Assembly (NCBI GenBank): GCA_951406725.2
Contig: OX597816.1
Span: 101,308,001-101,372,000, forward strand
Reading direction: 5' to 3'
DNA from: Octopus vulgaris
Taxonomy: Eukaryota
DNA length: 64,000 nucleotides
In this document: piece after piece, positions 52,046-64,000 of the stretch
Layout of the letters: each line of letters starts with the position of its first letter
Position numbering within the stretch: the stretch's first letter is position 1
Made by a program: the position numbers and the translations under genes
Notes under the pieces: generated by a model
Told to the model about the DNA's origin: nothing
The model's database searches: none
What the model saw: the letters and a program-made list of their open reading frames with translations, nothing else

Positions 52046-53890
52046 ATACGTTCAGAATAATGGCAAATATTCAAAGAAAAATGTCTGAATTACGAAGAAA
52101 TCAGGTATTATGTTAACTTAACTGAGCCGCGTAAAAGACCTCAGTTTATCCTATATATACTTAGAAGAATTTGTTACTTTGTACGACAGCGAACTGGATT
52201 GCACACGTAGTGTATATGAGAAAAATGGTATTGAAAAATTTACTCGAATACATGTGGTCGTATAACTTATTTGCTTTCCTTTACTTTCCCGTTGATATAT
52301 TAATAGATATTAATATTAACACCGCATGTAAACTCACGATTACGGATGTGCTCACATAGGGAATGATATTTTTCTCATTTCCATTCATTTTATGAACAAC
52401 GAAAATTGATCTCAGCAAAGGAATTTGCTATCGGAAATATATTATAATAGATTTCATATTACTGTAAGTCTCCTACAATAGTTCCTTTTCTTAAAAAAAA
52501 AAAGACATTGTGTACAACAATCAAATACTTCACTTGAAAGAAAATGAATCAAGTTTATATTTGGTACAATTGGTGTAACTAAATAAAAACTACTTTTCTT
52601 CTTTAGCTTCCAATTCTTTCAAAATCACTCAACAAATATGAAAGGATTCTGGATTCAGATTAATTTGGCTAACACTGGATTAAACTTATAATCTGCAGAA
52701 TTGTTTTTGCTGATATATCTGTAGCAAGTAGCGTCATGGAGTGTATAAAGGAAAGAAAAGACACGAGGAAATGCTAACTATCTCGCAATGTTAAAAGTAC
52801 GTCATGTTGCATCGAATTAGAATTAATTATCTGTAACTGAAATCTTCAATAATAAAAGTATCTTAAAAACCACATCTTTTAGAAAATATATATTGGAATT
52901 AGAATTTAGAAGAATTTTTAGACAACGTAAACTTTAATAATTGGTTTATTTGTTATAGTATATATAACGCACGGTTTTATTCCTTCAATCAACATTCTAG
53001 AAATGCCAGGAAAATTTCTTTTATATAAGTCTACACCATCTTAAAGTGAAGAATATATGACAATATAGTCCTAGACATGCTATGGTTAAAAACAAGTTGG
53101 CATGGCTACAGTTTCAATGCTTTTAAAAGTAGATTGTTCAATCAAAACTCACCTGTGGCTAATTAACAACATAATGTAAGAGAAGTGGTGATCTCTCTAG
53201 ATGACGTTGCTTATTTGTAAGTCCGCCTCGATCAAGAAGACCTACAATCAAAGGTATTTCTTTCGTGACTTTCATTTTATTTCTATATTCATGTATTTTG
53301 TATACGTGTTTGCATTTTTCAGGGCGTTTGTGCTGTTATTTTAAGACGGTAGGATGTTGTTTAAAAGAATTTTTAACAAATACTTAAAGCAGCTCGAGAG
53401 TGGCCACGTAAAGATCTCTTCCCAAACTCGCCAGTTCGGTAGTTTAGTCGCTGGACACACACGTTTAATACAAAGTGAATAAGACAATTAGAAGATAAGA
53501 ACCGTTAGCTGAAATAGAGTTGTCATACGGATATGTAATGCATTTTTAGACAGATACACTTAACTGTATACTCCGCAAAACACAGACATACACACGCGCA
53601 CACATACATACACACACACATATATACACACACGAACACTCTGCACTCAGACACATTGATATATAAGTATATAATATTATGAGTCAGAGTAATAATACAT
53701 GTGTGTGTGCGCGCGCGCGTGTGTGTGTACATGTGTGTATACACATATACTTCTAAGTATATCTGTTAATACGTTTGCATACACATGCAAATATATCTGT
53801 GTGTATGTATGTATAAACATTATAAATGATATATATATATATATATATATACTCACGCATATACATATAAATATATATTCATATATTATC

Positions 53891-53924
<34 letters not shown>

Positions 53925-54033
53925 CACACAATGTGTATCTGCTTTTATACGTAAACAAAACCTATAAATATGTATGTGTACTCAAACATATACATACATA
54001 TATACATATATACACACATTACGTATACATATA

Positions 54034-54074
<41 letters not shown>

Positions 54075-55393
54075 TGTATGTATGTATGTATGTATGTATG
54101 TATGCATGGTATGCGTGGTATGTATATTTATATATATGATATCCGGTTAGCAGCCTAATATATGCGTGTGTGTGTGTGTATGTTTCTATGTATGTGTGTA
54201 TAGGTATAAGTATTTACACGTGAGTATGTACGTGTGTATGTATACACACTACAAAAACGGATATCTCTCTAAGCATATATGCATATTTATGAGACTTTAT
54301 CTGTACATTTGTGTCTACTGCGGAATATTTCGAATATATGCTTGTTTTATTAAAGAAAAAGAAAAAAAGACAAAAAGCAAAACGCAAGAACTTAAACTAA
54401 CAAGAGAAAAGAAAAAAATAGCAATTGTAGAAGAGATGAAGCAAAAAGATAAGTAATATCCATAACAACGACAATAACAGAGTAGCAGCAGTAATTGCAA
54501 GTTAGAATCTCAGTATAAACATAACAACAAAACACAGCAAGTAACCTTCTGATGTTATTAACTACTAAAAGAATCGGATGATTGCAACGACTGTTAAAGA
54601 GATGAAGGGGCTATTATAGGGTAGAAACGTGCATCAATAACACTTTCTAGATAATGATGCATTAATTAATCTTTATTGAAATCATTCAAAGAACTTTGGC
54701 TATGGGCTATCCCCGAGCAGTGTACCTTCCTTGTTTTCTCTACAACCTTTGCTAACCTCAATTACAAAAACAAAAAAAAGGTCGAATTGAAAATAAATGG
54801 AGCCGAGTTGGGGAGGATATATATATATATATATAATATGGTATTAGAGGGGATTGAAGTAAAGTGATGAGGAGTGCGGTGAAATAGTGGGTGGGTGGGA
54901 TCGATGCTGCATGGTGAGCTGTGGAACAGAATGGCGTTTTTGTGTGTGGAAAGGGCCCCGCCGCGCTCTCTCTCTCAGTCTGTATCTATATCTATCTATC
55001 CATCTCCTTCTCTCTCTCTCTCTATGTATATGTATATATATATAGAGAGAGAGGGGGGGAGGGAGAAATACAGACAGATAGACAGAGACAGAAACCGAAA
55101 GACAGAGAGAGAAATAGATACACACATACATATATACGTACAAATATCTATGTATACACATACACATATATCGCATATATTGTAAACTACAAACCCGGAT
55201 GTCATTTTATGTATGTGGTGGGGAGGTGTTTCAGTGTCTGCCTACGTATATGTTTATATATGTGTATATATAGTTATACACATATAGATACATATACATA
55301 CATACATGTACATATATATATATATATGTATCTATATATATACATATACATATATATGTATGTATATATATATATGTATCTATATACATATAC

Positions 55394-55491
<98 letters not shown>

Positions 55492-55499
55492 GAATTAAA

Positions 55500-55608
55500 T
55501 CAGTATATATATTTATATAAGAAAAAGGACAGGCAAAACAGGTTGCTTGACCGCATACCGAAAAAATAGAAGCCTGTCCCTTTTTCTTATATACAATATA
55601 TATACTGA
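55500..55608. repeat. Hairpin (~35-bp arms) in a short element between (TA)n tracts
   Basis: tcagtatatatatttatataagaaaaaggacaggc / gcctgtccctttttcttatatacaatatatatactga. Confidence 0.8.
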
Positions 55609-55719
55609 ACTTTACAGAAGTTCCTGCCGGTAATCGGCTATATTTACATACCGAATTATACCAGTAAATAATTGGGGTTTTCTTAAAAGCCTGTATAGAA
55701 ATTATTTACTCTTATTATC

Positions 55720-55752
<33 letters not shown>

Positions 55753-56827
55753 TAGACGACGAAGACAGGGAAGATTATGATGATAATGATAACGATAGTA
55801 ATAATAGGAGTACTGACGATGATCATAATCCTGATGATTATCATGATGAATGTAATAAGATGGCTGATGGGGACCACAATATTGATTATACAGCGCCAGC
55901 TCTTCATGTTCTGAGCTGAAATTTTATCAACTTCAACATTGCAATTTCATCTTTTTGAGTCTGAGCAATAAAATAAAGTGCCACTCAATTGATGGGTTCT
56001 TCCCCAGCAGAAAGAGTTGTTTCTTCTCCGTCAGAAGGGCATCCTCACTTTACATTTTCGTAGTTATTAGCTTTCTATATTTTCAATTGGGTGTTTTGTT
56101 TTATCTTCTCTTCTTTTTTTTTTTTTTTTTTGATATTTTCTCAACCCATCGAACTCTGGCTCTTATTCTCATGCTTGGGGTTGTGCAGCTATCAGAGAGC
56201 ACTTCTTGGTCTTTTAGTGCTAGATATATTGTCACTGAATATTACATGCTTTGTCTTTGCCGGTTAGGCCTGTGAGAAGCACTTTTAGGTCCCATAGCTC
56301 GCTCCTGGTCTTATTTGCCCATTCACGAGTATTTCCTTGTTTGCCCTAAGGTCAACAAACTCCACGATCATTGTTTTTACGGTCGCTATTTTAGATTTTC
56401 TGTGCAGAAAGCTTTTAGATAAGTTTGCTTCCGCATATGTAGCAGCTGATTTATCTATATTGGATACTGAACTCTAATATTTTCTTCTCAGCAGCCTGTA
56501 CAGGATGCAGTCTTCATATTATTTTTATTCATATCATTATTATTCTATCCGACTTCATATCATCAAGTGCACATCTGCACTGAATCCCTACGCACATCGT
56601 GTCACGAAGGTAGTAACTTGGTAGGAGTTACAAAGAAAAAGTAACGCGGACTGTGAAAATAAATACGTTTACAAATTACGATGTTAGAGAGTTAGAGACG
56701 TTATACAACGCATGGAAAGGTATATTAAGAATTTAAATTTGCACACACACTCGCACATACATTACGTGCGTGCTTGAGTGTTTGCATACATGCACACTGA
56801 TATGCATATATATATAATATAATATAA

Positions 56828-56863
<36 letters not shown>

Positions 56864-56871
56864 TGTATATA

Positions 56872-57262
56872 CTAGCAGTATCGCCCGGCGTTGCTCGGGT
56901 TTGTAAAGGAAATAACTATAAAGCATTTTTAGAGAGTTATAGCCAAAAAATAGCAAAAAAAATGCATTAAAAATGGAAAAAATATGATGGTAAATTTTTT
57001 TAAATCGTTGACTCATCGTAGACATTTTTAGAGAGTTACTTCCCTTATATTATAAAACGTATGCATTAAAATGGAAAAAAATGATGGTAAATTATTTTTA
57101 AAATCGTAGACTCATCGTAGACGCGCACTAATACCCAGAAGGGTTCGATATGAATCACGACTATAAGATACCCGGTTTTGGTTAAACTGCACCGCAAAAT
57201 ATGGGAGTAGTTAGGAATCTAAATCGGAGTAGACAGACACACAACCTTACTTTTATATATAA

Positions 57263-57265
<3 letters not shown>
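56872..57265 (-). mobile_element. Complete non-autonomous Helitron
   Basis: Minus strand: A|TCtttatatataaaag ... cccgagcaacgccggg hairpin, then cgatactgCTAG|T. No TSD. Internal ~60-bp duplication. Confidence 0.85.
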
Positions 57266-57327
<62 letters not shown>

Positions 57328-59059
57328 AATATATACATATAATATATACATATATGCATACACGCATAAGTTACACAGTAATAAATTTATACAATATGAC
57401 AACAATAATTCAAAGATATTTAAAAAGAAATAAAACATGGAAAATTTTCTGGTTAGATTGAGATGAGTGCGATCCCGTTCACCCAAATGCACTAGTATGA
57501 ATTTTATTTTTTTAGATATTTGATGTTGATAAACACCAACATATTGAAGTTATGCCTTTTTAAGTTCGATATAACTGAAATTTTCATCTTAATTTTCTTA
57601 ATATTAATCTTTTGAGTTGCTTAGTTTTTGCATGTTGTGTATATTCTGAATCTGTTTTTGTGTCATTCTAACAGTAGAGAGTCTGTGACACTACAGCTAC
57701 ACAGTTTTGTTAATTAAGAGGTTTTCTTAGTTAATCTTTTTTTTTTATTTATTTTCCTGGGGAGGGTTTTGCATGTTGTTTAAAGGAAATTATTATTTAT
57801 CTGTTTCCGTTGTTTTTTGTTCTGCTTACTTTTTCTGTAATTCTTTTGGTTTTTTTTTCTTCTTTTCTTGTGCTTCGTATTTTTAGCAACAAATTTTTCT
57901 TCCTCATCAGACGATAAAAGTGTGGTTGTTACTGCTAGGGGACGAAGTATTTATTCATCCATTAGTGTTATTAGGCTTAAAAATATTTCCTTTACTATTT
58001 CCAGAATGTTGGCTGGTACTTCTCTGGAATCTAGGTTTTGTTGTTCTTTATGTTGTTGAAGTTGATTTTCTTTTATGTTCTGGATAGAGAGTATTTTTCC
58101 AAGTACCTATATATTAATAACCGTGGTCTTAACATTCTTCCTAAAAATGTATAACTATACGTTCTGAATGCAGGTGGTAGCAACTACATAATATCAAGTG
58201 CTTATTAAATTATTTTATTACAGAAACAGAGTTTGGTGTGTTACAGTGGGCAACGATCCTAGAGCACGTCAACAAGAATTGAATTGAGAGAAACAGATAC
58301 GATACAGGAAAAGACAGGGAAAAGAATAAAGATAATAAATAAGAATCAGGAGTAAAGAGAGGAAATACAGAAACGAGGGGCATTCACTCAGGAGGAAAAG
58401 AATGAAATTTATGCGAGAAATGGTGGTGGAACGTTACGTATGATGAACGATGAAGCAGAGAAGAAGGAGGGGGACAGCAGAAGAAGAAATTCTTATCGAG
58501 TATCGAGAAGATAAGAAGAGAAAATCAGAAATAAGTAGACATACAATGAATAATGAATTAAATGAAGTAAAATAAATACACAAAGTAACATATTTAGAGA
58601 AATGAAAGGAAATAGAGACGAGAAGCGACAAAAGCAAGAGTGGGAGAGGTAAAGCAGAAATAGTCAAGGTACTACGAAATTGGTAGCAAAACTACCAAAA
58701 AAAAAAGAAAGGAAAAATTAGCAAGTTGCCAAGTAAATAAAGCACTACGAAAACTATCACAAGAAGGAAAATGAAAAGTAATAAAACATAGTATAGGAGT
58801 AAAGGCTTTAGAGAGAGACTGAGAAAAAAAATCGATGGGAAGTGAAGTGAGTGATGAGAAAGAGAGAGAAGTTGCTATCATTTAACTACAGATCAGTTCC
58901 GGACCATCATGTCACTGATCAAAAGCATTCTACCTGGAAATACATTATCCAAAGTATCTTTAATTTCTCAAGATCGAAAGTCCAATTATCATATAATAGG
59001 AACTTCCTTGACACAAGCTGCAAGCCCCATTTTCAGACTATTTTCCTTAGTCATTGCAC

Positions 59060-59233
59060 GGTGATCGCTATAAGTTTTAAGTAGCTTGCTAACCAACCAC
59101 ATGGCTCTGGGTTCAGTCCTACTGCGTGGAACCTTGGGTGAGTGTCTTCTACTCTAGCTTCGGGCCGACCAAAGCCTTGTAAGTGGATTTGGTAGATGGA
59201 AACTGAAAGAAGCCTGTCGTATATATATGTATA

Positions 59234-59276
<43 letters not shown>

Positions 59277-59465
59277 GTGTTTGTCTCCCCCCACCATCGC
59301 TTGACAACTGATGCTGGTGTGTTTACGTCCTCGTAACTTAGCGGGTCGGCAAAAGAGACCGATAGAATAAGTACTAGGCTTACAAAACTAAGTCCTGGGG
59401 TCGATTTGCTCGACTAAAGGCATGGCCGTAGTCAAATGACTGAAACAAGTAAGAGAATAAAAGAA
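59060..59465 (+). mobile_element. SINE family B
   Basis: agtagcttgctaaccaaccacatgg...gggttcagtcc...(TG)n...cttagcgggtcggcaaaagagaccgatagaataag...gtcaaatgactgaaacaagtaagag. Confidence 0.85.
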
Positions 59466-59477
59466 AAAAAAGAAAGA

Positions 59478-59540
<63 letters not shown>

Positions 59541-59541
<1 letters not shown>

Positions 59542-59916
59542 AGGGCAATGGTCCAGTGGTTAGAGCAGAGGACTCGCGGTCTTAGGATCGCGGTTTCGAT
59601 TCCCAAACTGGGCGTTCTGAGTGTTTATTGAGCGAAAACACCTAAAGCTCCACGAGGCTCCGGCAGGGGTGGGGGTGAACCCTTCTGTACTCTTTCACCA
59701 CAACTTTTTCTCACTGTTTCTTCCTGTTTCTGTCGTACCTGTATTTCAATGGGCCAGCCTTGTCACGCTCTATGTCACGCTGAATCTTCCCGAGAACTAC
59801 GTTAAGGGTACACATGTCTGTGGAGTGGTCAGTCACTTGCACGTTAATTTCACGAGCAAGCTGTTCCGTTGATCGTATCAGCTGGACGCTCGTCGTCGTA
59901 ACCGACGCAGTGCTCC
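59541..59916 (+). mobile_element. SINE family C, long form
   Basis: tggtccagtggttagagcagaggactcgcgg...ggtttcgattcc...gagcgaaaacacctaaagctccacgaggctccggc...ctcgtcgtcgtaaccgacg. Confidence 0.8.
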
Positions 59917-59981
<65 letters not shown>

Positions 59982-60758
59982 TGTATATATGTATATGTAT
60001 ATATATATACATATATAGCAAGTTATTGGGATATTTTTCATTGAATACAGGAAATGTGAAATGCAATATTGACTCAGGTGGAACGTGAAGACAATAATTC
60101 GAAGCGTTATAATATTCTATTTTATTTGTCAACCGTGAAAATGTTCATGAATGGTTCAGCACCGACGTACGAGAAAACAAAGCATCTGATTGGCTCATAC
60201 TGTTTTAATCTGATCATGGATAGTAAAGATGACAATTCTAGATATGTTTTTCCCTACTAGATCTTCTCAGCAAAGCATAACATCTTATACTAGATTGGTG
60301 ATATGACAATCATCGTATAGACCTACGATTAATTTCACGCGTAGGCGATAAACTTTATCATAATGACTGAGGCAAAAAATAACACTCAAGTTAGTGACAT
60401 CACAAATAATGTTGTAAGAATAAACATTCATTCAATTAAGATTTTTTAGTTGCTTATTCAGTAAGGCTCAATGATTAATATAAATTTAATCTGATCTTGG
60501 AAACTACTAACGACAATCCCTAGACATATTTTGGTTAGTTTGAGTTACTGCTCGAAGAACAGTATTTCAGTTTCTGGATAAAAAAAAATCGATTGCTATA
60601 TATTATTTATTCATATGTATCTAAGCATGTTTCGTAATTTGTTCCAAAAACTTAGATAGATATATGTGAGCATGCATATACTATGTATATATTTATTATA
60701 TATATTGATTACACACATATATATACATATGTATACAGTTATGTACATGTATGTAGAC

Positions 60759-60833
<75 letters not shown>

Positions 60834-61449
60834 CCGACAGATAGACAGATAGATAGGTAGATAGATATACATGAATATACATATACATATGTGTGTGTAT
60901 ACATACCTACATGTGTACATACATACACGCATATACACATACACAAATATTTGTGTGCATATATATATGTGTGGGGGGGGGGGGTGTTTCGGGACGGAGT
61001 TTTTTCTTTTTTTCTCTTTTTTTTTCTTTTTGCTAAATAAACACATGCACTAGATTTTTTTTCCTTCACTCGTTTATTACTGTTCTTATTTTATTATTTC
61101 AACTTATGTCCATTGTCAGGAAATCTTTCTTCACATTCCTTGCAATACAAATTGATAATCGTATATATCAGTATGGAATGGATTAAACTCGGTCCCAGCA
61201 TGTTATTGAGTAAATTATTTGAAGAAAATACATCGGGAAAACAAATATCATATGTCTGAAGTTTCCACTATGACCTCTTATCCGTGGATGTTCAAAGAAG
61301 CTACACAATAGAATCTACACGCTTTCTTTACGTTTTTGCTTTTACGATAAGTTACAACAAGGCTGATCATAATAATTTCTTATAACTCCCACGCATTTGG
61401 CTGGAGGTGGATAATCGATTCACAATAGTTTCCAATATTAAATTAAATT

Positions 61450-62050
61450 AAGGTGGCGAGCTGGCAGAATTGTTAGCATGCCGAGCAAAATGCTTAACGG
61501 CATTTCGTCTGTCGTATTTTATCCTGTTGAGGTCGGTAAAATAAGAACCAGTTGAGCACTGGGATGGTTGTTATCAACTGACACCCCTCCCTCGAAATAT
61601 CTGGCCTTGTGCCAAAATTTGAAATTAATATTAGATTCAATTAAAGGCGGCGAGCTGACAGGATCTTTACTGCGCTCGTACAAAATACTTTGCAGCACTT
61701 CGTACATCTGTACGTTCTGAGTTCAAATTCCGCCTGGATCGACTTTACCATTCATTGTTTCAAGTTCGATAAAATAATTATCAGTTTAGCACAGGATTCG
61801 ATATAATCTATTACACTTCCTCCCGCTAAATTTTAGAACTTTAAGACGGCAAGCTGATAGAATCATTAGCACGCCGGGAGAAAACCTTAGCGGCATTTCG
61901 TTCGTCTTTACTTTCTGAGTTCAAATTCTGCCGAGTTCGACTTTGCCTTTCATCCTTCCGGGGTCGATAAAATAACTACTTGTTGAGCACTGGATCGGCT
62001 TACCCTTCTCTCGAAATTGCTGGCCTTGTGGCAAAATTTGAAGCCAATAT
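61450..62050 (+). mobile_element. Head-to-tail array of three SINE family A copies
   Basis: Heads aaggtggcgagctgg (~61451), aaggcggcgagctga (~61644) and aagacggcaagctga (~61843). Confidence 0.8.
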
Positions 62051-62186
62051 TAGATTTAATCCCTTCACAAGATATGAACTGAGAGAGTTTGAAGCTTTTT
62101 TGCAGGGTATGCTAGAGTTTGTACATGCACATATCTGCTTACATATTTACATATACACTACTCACATACGCATATATATATATATA

Positions 62187-62390
62187 TATGGCCCAGTGGT
62201 TAGGCAGCGGACTTGCGGTCGGAGGATCGCGGTTTCGATTCCCAGACCGGGCGTTGTGTGTGTTTATTGAGCGAAAACACCTAAAAGCTCCACGAGGCTC
62301 CGGCAGGGGATGTGGTGATCCCTGCTGTACTCTTTCACCACTCTAAAGGTGGTGCTCCAGCATGGCCGCAGTCAAATGACTGAAACAATA
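62187..62390 (+). mobile_element. Chimeric SINE: family C head with family B tail
   Basis: Matches family C to 'tactctttcaccac', then switches to 'ctaaaggtggtgctccagcatggccgcagtcaaatgactgaaacaa' of family B. Confidence 0.75.
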
Positions 62391-62391
62391 C

Positions 62392-62454
<63 letters not shown>

Positions 62455-62489
62455 CATAATAAGTGACAAAAAAAGAATAGCTCGGTATT

Positions 62490-63580
62490 AGGTAAATAGA
62501 AGATACAGTGTATATTTCACTATTTTTAGGGATGATGCTTTCGCTTTAGCTAAGAATACCAATGGACTAGCGCAAGATCGGTTAAGGAAGGATATTATCA
62601 ATCTTATGAAAACATTCGATCTTAGCATAACAATAGATACCAACCTGACGGTCGTCAACTTCGTTGAGGTATCTCTGGATTTACAAAAGTATATTTACAA
62701 ACCCTATAGAAAGCCCAACGGTAGACTTAGTTATATTAATGTAGGTTCCTGCCACCCCCACCCACAGTGTTTAAGAATTTAGATAAGAATATTAGTAGGA
62801 GAATTTCTAACCTTTCTTTCCAATATAAACATATTTAATAATGCTGCCCCAATGTATAACAAAGCCCTTAAAGCTAGTGCATTTAAAGAGGAAATATCTT
62901 ACAGACCTGCTGTTAGGCAAGAAATACAGAAAAGAAACCATAGACACAGGAAAATTATCTGGTTCACGCCCCCTTACTCACTCAAAGTTATCTTTAAGAT
63001 AGGTAAATAATTGTTGTCACATATAGATAGACATTTTCCAATAAATCATAAATATATGAAACTCTTTAATAGGCATAACCTAAAAATTAGTTTTAGTTCA
63101 ACCCCAAATTTTAAAAACATAATTACACACAACGCAAAACAACAAAATGAAGCCGGCTGTTCCTGCGGGGATAAAGACTTGTGCCTGCCAAATGGAGCCT
63201 GTATGACCGAAGCCACTGTAAATTCTACGAACGCTAATAACAGTTTCGTCAAAGAGATATGTGGGTCTCACGGAGAGAAATTTCAAAGCAAGTTTCAATG
63301 ATCACACTTTAAGCTTCAGACACTGGGATAAGCGAAAAACTACCAAATTATCCAGTCATATATGGTTCTTAAAATAACAAGGTGTCAGCAATAGGATTTA
63401 CTGGAAGATCTTGGCCAACTGTAAACCTTGTACTAACGGTAGTGGCAAGTGCAGTTTTTGTAATATGGAAAGATGGCTCATCTGAAAAAATTCCTTGGAC
63501 CCCGCTACATGTCTAAATTTAAGAACTGAACTTTTTGGCTATGTTTACATACGACAAAATATCTGTTTACGGTTTCAGCA
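62490..63580 (+). pseudogene. 5'-truncated Naiad-like Penelope element (RT C-terminal half, linker, GIY-YIG)
   Basis: FRDDAF, TNLTVVNFVEVSLDL, YKPYRKPN...YINVGSCHP, RKIIWFTPPYS, LFNRHNLKISFS, CSCGDKDLCLPNGAC, TTKLSSHIWFLK, WKIL, KCSFC, LNLRTELF. Contains stops and frameshifts. Confidence 0.88.
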
Positions 63581-64000
63581 CCCCCACCCCAATATCACGG
63601 ATAGAATCCGCATTTTTATTATGTTCCTGCAAAAGCTTTCCATATGTCTTAACATTTTAAATTTTTATATATATATATTTTTTCATTTTTCCTTTTTTAG
63701 TTATGTGAATGTGTACGTGTGTGAGTATATGTATGTATATATCAAATGTATATGTGCGTGCGGGTGTATATATGTGTATACGTGTATGTATGTATATGCA
63801 TGTAGGACTGTGTCCGATGCATAAGTGAGACTTTCATGCACACGTCCCCTTCATTTATACGGATATGCATAAGCTTCTATATGTGCGATTGTTGCTACTA
63901 TTTTTTTCTCTAATCTTTTGAAAAATCCAAATATCTCTAGTATGTCTGACCATTGTGCGAATTTAATCTTAGGTCTAAGATTCATTCTATACTTCACTGT

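Noticed and set aside
57380-58130. Possible LINE ORF1 remnant on the minus strand, including a CTGATGA box near 57905
   Set aside because: A-rich and coding-like, but with no diagnostic motif and no matching GAAA or stems for a ribozyme.
63150-63560. Selenocysteine-encoding Naiad
   Set aside because: The conserved cysteine positions I could read use TGT/TGC. The stops present are scattered decay.

Overview
AT-rich, repeat-saturated animal genomic DNA. The SINE families, the very dense (TA)n/(TG)n/(TAA)n/(ATAG)n microsatellites and the retroelement mix point to a coleoid cephalopod, most likely Octopus (inference, no search run). There are no prokaryotic genes, rRNA, true tRNA or CRISPR arrays, and most ORF-track entries are microsatellite artefacts. 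Supported content: a stand-alone 171-aa Penelope-type GIY-YIG ORF between 65-bp inverted repeats with a downstream hammerhead-like fold (2.2-3.1 kb); several hammerhead ribozyme motifs and fold-back structures in Penelope pLTR-like pieces next to (TA)n; a HERO LINE remnant; Tc1/mariner, Chapaev3-like, MULE-like and Helitron remnants; an ~11.5-kb nest of four R4/Dong LINEs plus a ~555-bp non-coding element, co-oriented in (TAA)n; a young 5'-truncated RTE LINE with a long open frame (47.7-50.3 kb); a decayed Naiad-like Penelope element (62.5-63.6 kb); and about 25 tRNA-derived SINE copies of three families. The only candidate host-gene signal is a short minus-strand start-codon exon near 4.65-4.74 kb. 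Family names come from motif recognition by eye, and many boundaries are approximate.
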